From Lachnospiraceae bacterium (GTDB lineage Bacteria; Bacillota; Clostridia; Lachnospirales; Lachnospiraceae), in contig JAZUDO010000012.1 in assembly GCA_045639685.1 (NCBI GenBank), positions 25,156 to 89,155 of the forward strand: a stretch of DNA of 64,000 nt. The letters are read 5' to 3'. How positions within the stretch are numbered: position 1 is the stretch's first letter; every line of letters starts with the position of its first letter. Of this stretch, positions 21,124-30,421 are shown piece after piece. Made by a program: the position numbers and the translations under genes. The notes below the pieces were generated by a model. The model was not told the DNA's origin, searched no databases, and saw only the letters and a list, made by a program, of their open reading frames with translations.

Positions 21124-21152
21124 GTGTCCGTATGGCAATGAATCACTAAGTG
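21106..21152. repeat. 21-bp direct repeat (period 26) spanning the ddl stop codon
   Basis: ATGGCAATGAATCACTAAGTG at 21106 and 21132. Confidence 0.95.
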
Positions 21153-21199
21153 CTCGGCACAGGAGATAATAGCAACGTCAAAGATAAGGAAATGCTTAA

Positions 21200-22603
21200 A
21201 TGTTAAATCTTGAGTTAATAAATATTATTAAAGCGTGTGGCGCTGAAGTTCATTTTCCCCAGGATTTATGCTGGGAAGAGAAAAAACACATGAAAATCAA
21301 AAATGTTGTTTCGGATTCTCGAAAAGTTGAAGAAGGCAGCATTTTTGTGGCAATCAAAGGTGAAAAGACAGACGGACACAATTACATAACAGATGTTTTT
21401 AATAATGGCGCCCTGGCTGTAATATGTGAGAAACTTCCGGACAATCCACCCGGAATATGCATCAGGGTTGAAAACAGTATAGAAGCAGTTCAAAAGGCGG
21501 CGGAGTTTTATAGAAACAGGCTTGGAGAGGAAGGACTTAAAGTTGTTGGTATAACCGGTTCTGTTGGAAAGACCAGCACAAGAGAGTTTGTTGCCGAAGT
21601 TCTTTCTCAGAAATACAGAGTTCACAGAACCCATGGCAATCAGAATAATCTTCTCGGACTTCCCCTTGAGATTCTTTCCATTGAGCCTGACACAGAAATT
21701 GCTGTACTTGAGATGGGAATCAGTGAATTTGGGGAGATGCGTATTCTATCTTCAATGGCTAAACCTGATGTAGCGGTTATCACCAATATTGGGGAGTGTC
21801 ATCTTGAGAATCTTGGCAGCCGAGACGGCGTTCTTAAGGAAAAATCAGACATTTTCACGTGTATGAGTGAGAACGGAGCTGCTGTTCTTAATGGATTGGA
21901 TGATAAACTTGTAACGGTTTCATCGGTTAATGGCAAAACTCCTTACAGATTTGGCGGAAATACCGATATGGCATATGCAGGTGAAATAAAGAATGCCGGA
22001 TTTGACGGAAGTGATGCAAAAATCATTGTTAACGCGAATGGAAGTGACAGCATTGATGTTCATGTGCCACTTCCGGGTGAGCATATGGTGAGCAATGCAG
22101 TTGCCGCCGCACTTATAGGAACGCTTTTGGGGGTTGATAAAGAAGCTATAAGACAGGGAATAGAGGCTGTTAAACCTACCGGCGGAAGAAGCAATATCAT
22201 TAAAACTGATAAATACAATCTTATTGATGACTGTTATAATGCCAATCCCAGATCCATGGAGGCTGCAATTAACCTTTTAAAACTTGCAAAAACCAGAAAA
22301 GTGGCCATTCTCGGCGATATGTATGAGTTGGGCGAAGACGAGCTGATAATGCACCGGGGAGTTGGAGAAAATGCTGCTTCCGTTGGAATCGACGTGATGG
22401 TATTTATCGGCGAAATGTCCGAATACATGATGAAGGGCGCTGAGGCAAAGGCGGATTTGTCGAAGCAGAAACTATATTATTTTAAAACCAAAGAGGAAAT
22501 GCTTCAAAAGAGCGGAGAAATCCTTGAAGAAGGGGATACGGTTCTTATTAAGGCTTCAAACGGAATGAAGTTTAAAGAGGTTTTGGAGGCTTTGAAAAAT
22601 TAA
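21200..22603 (+). CDS. murF: UDP-MurNAc-tripeptide--D-Ala-D-Ala ligase
   Basis: ITGSVGKTST, VLEMG, DDCYNANP, LGDMYELG, LIKASNG. Confidence 0.95.
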   Translation: MLNLELINIIKACGAEVHFPQDLCWEEKKHMKIKNVVSDSRKVEEGSIFVAIKGEKTDGHNYITDVFNNGALAVICEKLPDNPPGICIRVENSIEAVQKAAEFYRNRLGEEGLKVVGITGSVGKTSTREFVAEVLSQKYRVHRTHGNQNNLLGLPLEILSIEPDTEIAVLEMGISEFGEMRILSSMAKPDVAVITNIGECHLENLGSRDGVLKEKSDIFTCMSENGAAVLNGLDDKLVTVSSVNGKTPYRFGGNTDMAYAGEIKNAGFDGSDAKIIVNANGSDSIDVHVPLPGEHMVSNAVAAALIGTLLGVDKEAIRQGIEAVKPTGGRSNIIKTDKYNLIDDCYNANPRSMEAAINLLKLAKTRKVAILGDMYELGEDELIMHRGVGENAASVGIDVMVFIGEMSEYMMKGAEAKADLSKQKLYYFKTKEEMLQKSGEILEEGDTVLIKASNGMKFKEVLEALKN

Positions 22604-22617
22604 GAGAAAGCTGCAGT

Positions 22618-23352
22618 TTACACTGCAGCTTTGTTTTGCTCGTACATATATAAAATGTTGTCTTTTACCATATCCGGAAGAGCTTTAAGCTCGTCTCTCG
22701 AAAGGCCTGTAACCGAAATGGGCTTGCCATATTCAATTATGACGTGGGCCTTTTTAATCTTCGGAAAATGATCTTCAAATATGGCCGAGGTGTTGTTAAT
22801 TGATACGGGAATAATGTCGCAACCGCTCTTTGTTGCAATCTTGAAACTTCCGCTCTTAAAGGGAAGAAGCGGTTCTTCGGTCTTATTGCGGGTTCCCTCC
22901 GGGAATATGAAAATGCTAATCCCCGCTTTGACATACTCGATTGCCGAAAGAATGGTCTGCAGACCCTGCTTAATATCATCCCTGTCCAAAAACAGACATC
23001 TGACATTTTTCATCCAAATCCTGAAAGCAGGCACCTTTGAGGTTTCCTTTTTTGCTATAAAGCCGGTAGGGCCCGGCATATATACGTAATTGATGATGAT
23101 ATCAAAGTAACTTCTGTGGTTTCCTATGTAGAGGACACTTCTGTCCGTTGGGAGATTTTCGAGGCCTTTAACGGTTACCTTTGTCCCTGAAAGGAAAATG
23201 ACAAATCGGAAAATGCCTTTGATTATAGCCAGCGAACTTCTGTCTTTTGCCCCCGGATTTATCTTACCGATTATCCATTCAATCACCAAAAGAGGCAGTG
23301 TAACGATAAGAAAAAGAACACATAAAACAGCAATAATAATGAATCTTAACAT
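22618..23352 (-). CDS. plsC: 1-acyl-sn-glycerol-3-phosphate acyltransferase
   Basis: NHRSYFD, FIAKKE, FPEGTR motifs. Confidence 0.9.
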   Translation of the reverse strand: MLRFIIIAVLCVLFLIVTLPLLVIEWIIGKINPGAKDRSSLAIIKGIFRFVIFLSGTKVTVKGLENLPTDRSVLYIGNHRSYFDIIINYVYMPGPTGFIAKKETSKVPAFRIWMKNVRCLFLDRDDIKQGLQTILSAIEYVKAGISIFIFPEGTRNKTEEPLLPFKSGSFKIATKSGCDIIPVSINNTSAIFEDHFPKIKKAHVIIEYGKPISVTGLSRDELKALPDMVKDNILYMYEQNKAAV

Positions 23353-23439
23353 AAATACTTCCTTTCGCTATGTGCTCATTTATTATAGAACAACAAGCTT
23401 CCTGTGGCAAGCAAATTTACAAGCGATAAAAGTGGAATA

Positions 23440-23489
23440 AAACTACAAATTGTAGTATACTTATTAAGGCATAAATCTAAATATTGTGC
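23440..23489. promoter_or_regulatory. Tandem NrdR-box-like sites upstream of pyrC
   Basis: AAACTACAAATTGTAG (23440) and AATCTAAATATTGTGC (23474) versus acaCwAtATaTwGtg. Confidence 0.45.
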
Positions 23490-23544
23490 TATATATGTGG
23501 CAGATTTTTTTAAAACCGGATATTCAATAATCGGAGAAACAGAT

Positions 23545-24837
23545 ATGCTTTTATTAAAGAATGGACGTGTGATTGATCCGGGAAGCGGATTGGACGAAAT
23601 TCGGGATGTCCTGATAGTTGAAAACAGAATAGCATGGATAGAAAAAGAGATACCTGAAGAAGAGATACTCGGGGAATTCGGCGAAAAGCCGGAAATCGTC
23701 GACTGCAGCGGATGTATTGTGGGTCCGGGACTTGTTGACGTGCATACTCATTTCAGAGATCCCGGGCTGACATATAAGGAAGACATTCTTACGGGAGCAA
23801 AGGCTGCAGCGGCAGGCGGATACACGTCGGTTATACTGATGGCCAACACAAAGCCTTCCGTGGACAATTCCGAAACCCTTAAGTATGTTCTTGATAAGGG
23901 AAAACAGACGGATATACATGTTTACAGCTGCGGTGCTGTTACGAAGGGCCTTAAGGGTGAAGAACTAACGGACTTTGCGGAACTTAAAAAAACAGGTGCT
24001 ATTGGTCTTACGGATGACGGCATACCACTTCTTGATGATACGATTGCGGAAAAGGCAATGGAAGAGGCTGCAAAGCTGGGAATGGTGCTGAGTTTTCATG
24101 AGGAAGATCCGAAGTATATTGAGAATAACGGAATTAATCGTGGAGCGGCTTCAGAGTACTATCAGATAGGCGGAAGCAGCAGAGAAGCGGAGATAAGTAT
24201 GGTGCGCCGAGACCTTGAAATGGCAGGGAAAACGGGGGCAACCATCAATATTCAGCATGTTTCGGCAAAGGAAACAGTTGAACTTATAAGAGAAGCAAAG
24301 AAAAAGTATCCGGGAAAGATTTTTGCGGAGGCTACGCCTCATCATCTTGCTCTCAATGAAAATGCGGCCATAAAATACGGAACACTTGCCAAGATGAATC
24401 CGCCTCTTCGAACGGAGGAAGACAGGCTTGCAATTATTGATGGGCTGGAGGATGGAACAATCGATTTTATAGCCACAGATCATGCTCCTCACAGTTCGGA
24501 AGAAAAAGCGAAGAAGGTTACGGAAGCCCCCAGCGGAATAATCGGTTTGGAAACAGCATTGCCGATTGCACACGAGATTCTGATCAAGCAGAATAATATG
24601 TCCTTTTTGAAGGTTTTCTGCAAGATGAGCTTGAATCCTGCAAGTTTATATAAAATTTCTGCAGGAAAACTTGCAAAAAATGAAATTGCAGATGTTGTTA
24701 TTTTCGACGAAAATCTTGCAAAAAAGTATGAAAAATCCCTTTCAAAATCCCAAAACAGCCCATTTTTGGGGCATAATTTCATTGGAAACGTCGTTATGAC
24801 CATATGTGAAGGAAGGATAATTTATCGAATCAGATAG
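23545..24837 (+). CDS. pyrC: Dihydroorotase
   Basis: PGLVDVHTHFRDPG, MANT, EATPHH, KMNPPLR, ATDHAPH; ATG at 23545 after GGAGA. Confidence 0.95.
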   Translation: MLLLKNGRVIDPGSGLDEIRDVLIVENRIAWIEKEIPEEEILGEFGEKPEIVDCSGCIVGPGLVDVHTHFRDPGLTYKEDILTGAKAAAAGGYTSVILMANTKPSVDNSETLKYVLDKGKQTDIHVYSCGAVTKGLKGEELTDFAELKKTGAIGLTDDGIPLLDDTIAEKAMEEAAKLGMVLSFHEEDPKYIENNGINRGAASEYYQIGGSSREAEISMVRRDLEMAGKTGATINIQHVSAKETVELIREAKKKYPGKIFAEATPHHLALNENAAIKYGTLAKMNPPLRTEEDRLAIIDGLEDGTIDFIATDHAPHSSEEKAKKVTEAPSGIIGLETALPIAHEILIKQNNMSFLKVFCKMSLNPASLYKISAGKLAKNEIADVVIFDENLAKKYEKSLSKSQNSPFLGHNFIGNVVMTICEGRIIYRIR

Positions 24838-24868
24838 TACAAAATAACTTGCAATTTTCACGAAAGTT

Positions 24869-24884
24869 ACACAATATATTGTGG
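24869..24884. promoter_or_regulatory. NrdR-box-like palindrome upstream of pyrK-pyrD
   Basis: ACACAATATATTGTGG, near-perfect match to the NrdR consensus. Confidence 0.6.
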
Positions 24885-24944
24885 TTTTTAATGCATAACA
24901 CAAGTTATTTTATCAAATAAAATTATGAAAGGATTATTCCGATA

Positions 24945-25745
24945 ATGAAAAAGAAAGCTGCAGGCTTTGTCATAAGAAATGAAGAGATAGAAAATGACAT
25001 TTACAGCCTTTGGATTGAAACCGAACTTGCAAGAGATGCAAAACCGGGTAGTTTTGTGGGTGTTTACCCCAATGATAAGTCAACTTTACTGCCACGACCG
25101 ATTAGTATTTGCGAGGTAGACGAGGAAAAAACGGCTCTTCGTCTTGTATATAGAACAGTTGGTAAAGGAACAAATGAATTTTCACATTTGCAGGCGGGAA
25201 GACGTGTATTTCTGCTGGGAATTCTCGGTAATGGATTTCCTCTTGATAAAGCAGAGAACAAACATGCCGTTCTGATGGGCGGTGGAATCGGTGTTCCGCC
25301 TATTGTTCAGCTTGCAAAGGAACTTAGTGGATTTGGCGGAGAGCAGAAACCGATTGCTTCCAAGGTAACCAGTATAATTGGATATCGTGATGCCAATACA
25401 TTTTTATTGGAAGAACTGCAGCAGTATTCGGAGGTGCTGATAGCAACCGATGACGGAAGTCTGGGAACCCACGGAACTGTAATAGATGCTCTTAATGCAT
25501 CAGGAATCGAACCGGGAGTTATTTATGCCTGCGGTCCAATGCCAATGCTTAGGGCAATTAAGAACTGGGCAGAGCCTAAGAATATAGAGGCGTATATTTC
25601 ACTGGAAGAAAGAATGGCATGCGGTGTCGGAGCCTGCCTTGGATGTGTATGTAAAACAAAGAATGTGGACAGCCACAGTCATGTGAATAATGCAAGAATC
25701 TGTACCGACGGACCGGTATTTGACAGCAGGGAGGTGGAAATCTGA
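24945..25745 (+). CDS. pyrK: Dihydroorotate dehydrogenase electron transfer subunit
   Basis: RPISI, GGGIG, ACGP, EERMACGVGACLGC, ICTDGPVF. Confidence 0.95.
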   Translation: MKKKAAGFVIRNEEIENDIYSLWIETELARDAKPGSFVGVYPNDKSTLLPRPISICEVDEEKTALRLVYRTVGKGTNEFSHLQAGRRVFLLGILGNGFPLDKAENKHAVLMGGGIGVPPIVQLAKELSGFGGEQKPIASKVTSIIGYRDANTFLLEELQQYSEVLIATDDGSLGTHGTVIDALNASGIEPGVIYACGPMPMLRAIKNWAEPKNIEAYISLEERMACGVGACLGCVCKTKNVDSHSHVNNARICTDGPVFDSREVEI

Positions 25746-26650
25746 TGATATCAACCAAAGTTTGTATTGCGGGAGTGGAATTCAAGAATCCTGTTGTTAC
25801 TGCATCCGGAACCTTCGGATCCGGAATGGAATACGGTGAATTTGTGGACCTTAATAAACTGGGAGGAGTTGTAACCAAGGGTGTTGCCAATGTTCCCTGG
25901 CCGGGAAACCCTACGCCGAGAGTGGCAGAGGTTTACGGCGGCATGCTTAATGCAATCGGTCTTCAGAATCCGGGCATTGATGTGTTTATAGAAAGAGATC
26001 TGGCATTTCTTAAGGATTACGATACCAATGTAATTGTAAATGTCTGTGGAAAATCTGTTTCCGATTACCTTGAAGTTGTTGAACGACTCAATGACACGGA
26101 TATAGATATGATGGAAATCAATATTTCCTGCCCGAATGTCAAAGAGGGAGCCATAGCATTTGGCCAGAAGGCGGAGAGCGTATATGACATTACAAAACAG
26201 ATAAAGTATTTGGCGAAAAAGCCGGTAATCATGAAACTGAGTCCCAATGTTACCGACATCGCAGAGATGGCGAGGGCTGCAGAGGCTGCGGGAGCGGATG
26301 CCATATCCCTTATCAATACCATAACAGGAATGAAAATAGATATTAACAGAAGAAAATTTGTGCTTGCCAATAAAACCGGCGGCATGTCCGGCCCGGCCAT
26401 AAAGCCTGTTGCGGTAAGAATGGTTTATCAGTGTGCTCAGGCTGTAAAGATTCCTATTATAGGTATGGGGGGAATTGCAAATGCAGAGGATGCCATAGAA
26501 TTTATGATGGCGGGAGCAACAGCTGTGGCTGCCGGAGCAATGAATTTTGTTAATCCGTATCTTACGGAGGAAATGGTTTCCGGAATAGAAGATTTTATGG
26601 TTAAGAATAATATAGAAGATATTAATGAAATAATCGGCTGTGTAAAATAA
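25745..26650 (+). CDS. pyrD: Dihydroorotate dehydrogenase B catalytic subunit
   Basis: ASGTFG, NAIGLQNPG, NISCPNV, KLSPNV, GGMSG. Confidence 0.96.
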   Translation: MISTKVCIAGVEFKNPVVTASGTFGSGMEYGEFVDLNKLGGVVTKGVANVPWPGNPTPRVAEVYGGMLNAIGLQNPGIDVFIERDLAFLKDYDTNVIVNVCGKSVSDYLEVVERLNDTDIDMMEINISCPNVKEGAIAFGQKAESVYDITKQIKYLAKKPVIMKLSPNVTDIAEMARAAEAAGADAISLINTITGMKIDINRRKFVLANKTGGMSGPAIKPVAVRMVYQCAQAVKIPIIGMGGIANAEDAIEFMMAGATAVAAGAMNFVNPYLTEEMVSGIEDFMVKNNIEDINEIIGCVK

Positions 26651-26678
26651 TCGGCTGCGTTAAATAATCGGCTGTGTT
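26628..26678. repeat. 17-bp triple tandem repeat spanning the pyrD stop
   Basis: AAATAATCGGCTG(T/C)GT(A/T) x3. Confidence 0.9.
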
Positions 26679-26739
26679 AAATGATCAGATATATTAATTT
26701 GAAAAAATATGAGATATAGTATTTCACAAAAGATTTCAC

Positions 26740-26768
26740 AAAAAAGCTCAGGCATAGGCCTGAGCTTT
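26740..26768 (-). terminator. Intrinsic terminator for the 26782-27390 gene
   Basis: AAAGCTCAGGC-ATAG-GCCTGAGCTTT; A run on + gives the U tail on -. Confidence 0.75.
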
Positions 26769-26781
26769 AATTACATGCGGA

Positions 26782-27390
26782 TTATTCAATTTCGGCAGCT
26801 TCCTTTGCCCACTGATCGAATTTTTCCATTGTGGCATCGTAGGTCTGCTGGGAAATATCCGGAAGCTTTCCGCCCCAGGTCTTTGTGGCCATATCGAAGC
26901 CCTTCTTAAATGCATCTCTCATCTCTTCAATCTTGCTTGGATCTCCTCCGCAGAGAGCCTTGGCAAAATCAAGAATTCTGTCGGATGTCTGTTTTACACC
27001 CCAATAACCGTCTTCGGCAATATCAGCCTGAGCCTGAGCCTTGGTGGCAGGATCAACCGTGAAGTTCCCTGTTCTTAAGTAACTCCAGATATCATCACTT
27101 TGGCCGATGGCATTGCCCTGACCTGTAATAAGCTTTTCAACAAGACTGCGCAGCTGAGAGGTTCTTGCCTCCGCGTCAGCCTTTAACTTATTAACAAGCT
27201 CGGTGTTGGGAGTATATTTTTTTGTTTCCTTAACAGGAGTTGCACTTCCTTCCTGACCGGGTTCGTAGATTACGCCGGTTTCGGAAGCGGAGCTGCTTTC
27301 CTGAGCATTTTTGACGTTATCACCTGATGATTTTGCTTTGTAAGTAGAAGAATCATATGCAGATACGCCTGTAACTCCATTTACATTCAT
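26782..27390 (-). CDS. Conserved-looking hypothetical protein (YWGV..TS.RI.DFA motif)
   Basis: ATG at 27390 after AGGAGGG; low-complexity N-terminus; C-terminal DGYWGVKQTSDRILDFAKALCGGD...WGGKLPDISQQTYD. Confidence 0.8.
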   Translation of the reverse strand: MNVNGVTGVSAYDSSTYKAKSSGDNVKNAQESSSASETGVIYEPGQEGSATPVKETKKYTPNTELVNKLKADAEARTSQLRSLVEKLITGQGNAIGQSDDIWSYLRTGNFTVDPATKAQAQADIAEDGYWGVKQTSDRILDFAKALCGGDPSKIEEMRDAFKKGFDMATKTWGGKLPDISQQTYDATMEKFDQWAKEAAEIE

Positions 27391-27476
27391 ATTATCCCTC
27401 CTTGTAATTGTACCAAAATACTTATCCGATAATGGAACCTGATAATTTTGGTATAACCGATAGCGTGTCATATAGG

Positions 27477-27503
27477 ATATCGGTAAGTATTAAGAATAAC
27501 TTA
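27477..27503 (-). promoter_or_regulatory. Putative sigma28 promoter
   Basis: Minus strand TAAG-N15-ACCGATAT. Confidence 0.7.
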
Positions 27504-27509
27504 ACAGTA

Positions 27510-27537
27510 TTGACAAATTTTTTTGCTTTAGTAGAAT
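27510..27537 (+). promoter_or_regulatory. Sigma-A promoter of the ispE operon
   Basis: TTGACA-16-TAGAAT. Confidence 0.6.
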
Positions 27538-27543
27538 TTTTTG

Positions 27544-27620
27544 TATACAGAATACAATATACATTATACAGAATACATTATACAGAATACATTATACAAA
27601 ATACATTATACAAAATACAA
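27544..27620. repeat. 7/14-bp ATACA-based tandem repeat (VNTR) in the ispE leader
   Basis: TATACA(G/A)AATACAT repeated about 5 times. Confidence 0.9.
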
Positions 27621-27633
27621 TTCAGAAGGACAG

Positions 27634-28512
27634 ATGAGGATGAAAATACAGGCAATGTCAAAGGTGAACCTCGCCTTGGATGTACTTAGAAGAAGAGAGG
27701 ATGGATATCATGAGGTTCGAATGGTTATGCAGACACTGCAGCTTCATGATGAACTTACCGTTACAAAGCGTGAGGATGACAGAATTGTAATACAATGCAG
27801 TGATTCCTCCATTGAATGTGACGAAAACAACCTTATATATAAAGCAGCCAAGCTTATAATGGAAACTTCAAAGGTGTGGAGCGGACTTGATATTTTCCTT
27901 ATTAAGAATATACCGGTGGCTGCGGGTATGGCAGGAGGAAGTACGGATGCCGCAGCAACGCTGATTGCTGTTAATGAGCTTCTGGGATTGGGAAAGACCT
28001 TGGAGGAACTCAAAGAGCTTGGAGTGAAGATAGGTGCCGACGTCCCTTATTGCATTGAAGGCGGAACACAGCTGTCGGAGGGAATCGGAGAAAAACTCAC
28101 AAAGCTTCCTTCCGTTACGGATTGTTTTGTTGTGGTTCTCAAGCCTCATATCGGAGTATCGACAAAGTATGTATATGAAAATCTTCACGTGGATACAATA
28201 GAGCATCATCCGGATGTGGACAGAATGCTTGACGCGATTGATGAGGGAAGTATCGAAAAAATTGCATTTTCCATGGAAAATATTCTTGAAAATGTTACCG
28301 AGAAGAAATATCCGGTTATTGCCGCACTTAAAAACCTTTTAAAGGAAAATGGCGCAGAAAATGCAATAATGAGCGGAAGCGGTCCCACTGTTTTCGGACT
28401 GTTTTTGGATGGAAAGATTGCACAGAAAGCGTTGGAACAGGCAATGGCAACAGGAGAGGTGAGCAAAGGATTTGTAACAACCTTTGCAAAGGGCTCGGGA
28501 ATAATAGTTTAG
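27634..28512 (+). CDS. ispE: 4-diphosphocytidyl-2-C-methyl-D-erythritol kinase
   Basis: KVNLALDV..RREDGYHE, KNIPVAAGMAGGSTDAA, GADVPY, MSGSGPTVF. Confidence 0.96.
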   Translation: MRMKIQAMSKVNLALDVLRRREDGYHEVRMVMQTLQLHDELTVTKREDDRIVIQCSDSSIECDENNLIYKAAKLIMETSKVWSGLDIFLIKNIPVAAGMAGGSTDAAATLIAVNELLGLGKTLEELKELGVKIGADVPYCIEGGTQLSEGIGEKLTKLPSVTDCFVVVLKPHIGVSTKYVYENLHVDTIEHHPDVDRMLDAIDEGSIEKIAFSMENILENVTEKKYPVIAALKNLLKENGAENAIMSGSGPTVFGLFLDGKIAQKALEQAMATGEVSKGFVTTFAKGSGIIV

Positions 28513-28549
28513 AAACCGAAATGCCGGTTGTTCAAAAAGGAGATAAACT

Positions 28550-29218
28550 ATGGAAAATTATATGCAGGATGCATTTTTACCGTTACGAGATGTAGTTTTT
28601 AAGACACTTCGACAGGCAATACTTACGGGAGAACTGAAGCCCGGTGAAAGACTTATGGAGATTCATCTGGCCAATAAGCTCGGGGTGTCAAGAACACCCA
28701 TAAGAGAAGCCATAAGACAGCTGGAACTGGAAGGCCTTGTAATAATGGTGCCCAGAAAAGGAGCCATGGTTGCAAGTATAACCCAGAAAAGTATGCGGGA
28801 TGTTCTTGAAGTCAGACTTGCCCTTGAGAAGCTTGCAGTTGAACTGGCTTCTGAGAGAATAACCGATGAACAGAAGGAAGAACTTAAAAATGCACTTCTT
28901 AATTTTGAGGAAGTGGTAAAGAGCGGGGATGCAAGTCTGATTGCAAAGGCCGACGTGGCTTTTCATGATGTAATATTTGAAGCAACCGGAAACATGCGTC
29001 TCGGACAATTGGCCAATAACCTTTCTGAGCAGATGTACAGATACAGATTTGAGTACATTAAAGATGAAAGCGGACACAATAGACTTGTGGATGAACACAG
29101 ACGAATTTATGATGCAATTGCGGCTGCCGATGCAAAGAAGGCTACCGATGAGATATCAAATCATATCAAGCATCAGGAAGAATCCATTATCAGACAGATA
29201 GGTTTGGAAAAGGATTAA
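28550..29218 (+). CDS. GntR/FadR family transcriptional regulator
   Basis: LKPGERL.E..LA..LGVSRTPIREA HTH plus FCD domain. Confidence 0.93.
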   Translation: MENYMQDAFLPLRDVVFKTLRQAILTGELKPGERLMEIHLANKLGVSRTPIREAIRQLELEGLVIMVPRKGAMVASITQKSMRDVLEVRLALEKLAVELASERITDEQKEELKNALLNFEEVVKSGDASLIAKADVAFHDVIFEATGNMRLGQLANNLSEQMYRYRFEYIKDESGHNRLVDEHRRIYDAIAAADAKKATDEISNHIKHQEESIIRQIGLEKD

Positions 29219-29220
29219 CT

Positions 29221-29643
29221 ATGAATAAGGAAGTAACTGTAAAAGTAGTAGGAGTAACAAAAGACTCCGAGGGCATGGAAAATACCATAGAACAGATAAA
29301 TGACGGTATCTTTTCCGAGCTTTCCGGGAAGAAATATCTGATGTATTACGAGAAGCAGCAGGAGTCAGAGGATGAGGTGAAGAGCCTTGTTACCCTTGAT
29401 GGCAATCAGGTAACCGTTTCAAAAACCGGTTCGGTAAATACCAAAATGGTATTTTCTGCAGGGAAGAGAAACAGTATCGATTATCGGACGCCGTACGGCA
29501 AAATACAGATGGATGTCTATACGAAGAATCTCATGGTTATATGTAAGGAAGACTTTCTTCATATTACAATTGACTATAATCTGGAAATGGAAAATGATGT
29601 GATATCGGAGTGTAAAATTGATATTATTGCAACAAACAAGTAA
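29221..29643 (+). CDS. DUF1934-like protein
   Basis: YLMYYE...KMVF...YRTPYG beta-barrel pattern. Confidence 0.75.
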   Translation: MNKEVTVKVVGVTKDSEGMENTIEQINDGIFSELSGKKYLMYYEKQQESEDEVKSLVTLDGNQVTVSKTGSVNTKMVFSAGKRNSIDYRTPYGKIQMDVYTKNLMVICKEDFLHITIDYNLEMENDVISECKIDIIATNK

Positions 29644-29667
29644 TGGCAGTCTGATAAAGATAAAATA

Positions 29668-29698
29668 AAAAACCATCCGCAAGGATGGTTTTTGTTTT
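29668..29698. terminator. Bidirectional terminator
   Basis: AAAAACCATCC-GCAA-GGATGGTTTTT between convergent genes. Confidence 0.85.
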
Positions 29699-29722
29699 AA
29701 TTTAAGCAACGTTATATCTGAT

Positions 29723-30199
29723 TTACTTAAGCGGTTTTGCACCTGCTTTTTCCTGAGCCTCTTCCAAAAGCTTTTTGAAACGGCTCTTTTTCTTCTTTTC
29801 GGTAACAACTGCCTTTCCGTGAAGGCCCTTAACCTCTGTGATATACATACCACTGACAGAAGCTTTAACCTCTTTCTTTACCGGCACATCATCAAATATT
29901 TTGTCATCGCAAATGAGAGACATAATCTGTGGACCAATCTTGGCCTTAACAACACAAACCTTTGCGCTTCTCATAAGCTTTGGTGCCTGATCAACCACCG
30001 CCTGGGGGAATCCGGCATCCTTAAGTTTCATACGTTTTTTATCGATTATAAGCATTGTAACCGACTGCTTTGCAGCCTCGATTGCTTCCTTCTGACCTTC
30101 CTGTTTTTTCTGGGCTTTTTTACCGAGAAAATACAAAACGGCGATTATTGCAATCAGTACTGCTATTACAACCAAAGCAATTATTGTACCTGTTTTCAC
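29723..30199 (-). CDS. Hypothetical single-pass membrane protein
   Basis: GTG start after AGGAGGA; N-terminal TM; basic soluble domain. Confidence 0.8.
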   Translation of the reverse strand: MKTGTIIALVVIAVLIAIIAVLYFLGKKAQKKQEGQKEAIEAAKQSVTMLIIDKKRMKLKDAGFPQAVVDQAPKLMRSAKVCVVKAKIGPQIMSLICDDKIFDDVPVKKEVKASVSGMYITEVKGLHGKAVVTEKKKKSRFKKLLEEAQEKAGAKPLK

Positions 30200-30421
30200 T
30201 TAATAGTCCTCCTTGTGAAATAAACACAAGACACATTCTAACATTTTTCTTATGGAGACGCAAGGTATGAAAAGAGTGTGAAATAGCAAGAAACTCTTTA
30301 ATTAACATCTAAAATATGATATAAATAGAAAATGCATTGCTTAAAGATAAGAAGAGATTAGTCGAAAATTGGCAAATGACATAGCCATATTTCGCATTTA
30401 TAGAAAGGGAGACAGACTATT

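Noticed and set aside
19974-21152. Terminal direct repeats as attL/attR of an intact integrated element
   Set aside because: Copies are adjacent with no cargo or integrase; kept only as possible scars.
23404-23544. 47-aa N-terminal extension of PyrC
   Set aside because: Covers the promoter/operator region; RBS and homology start at ATG 23545.
27541-27633. N-terminal YTEY/IQNT repeat extension of IspE
   Set aside because: Translation of the leader minisatellite; IspE homology and the RBS begin at about 27634-27640.
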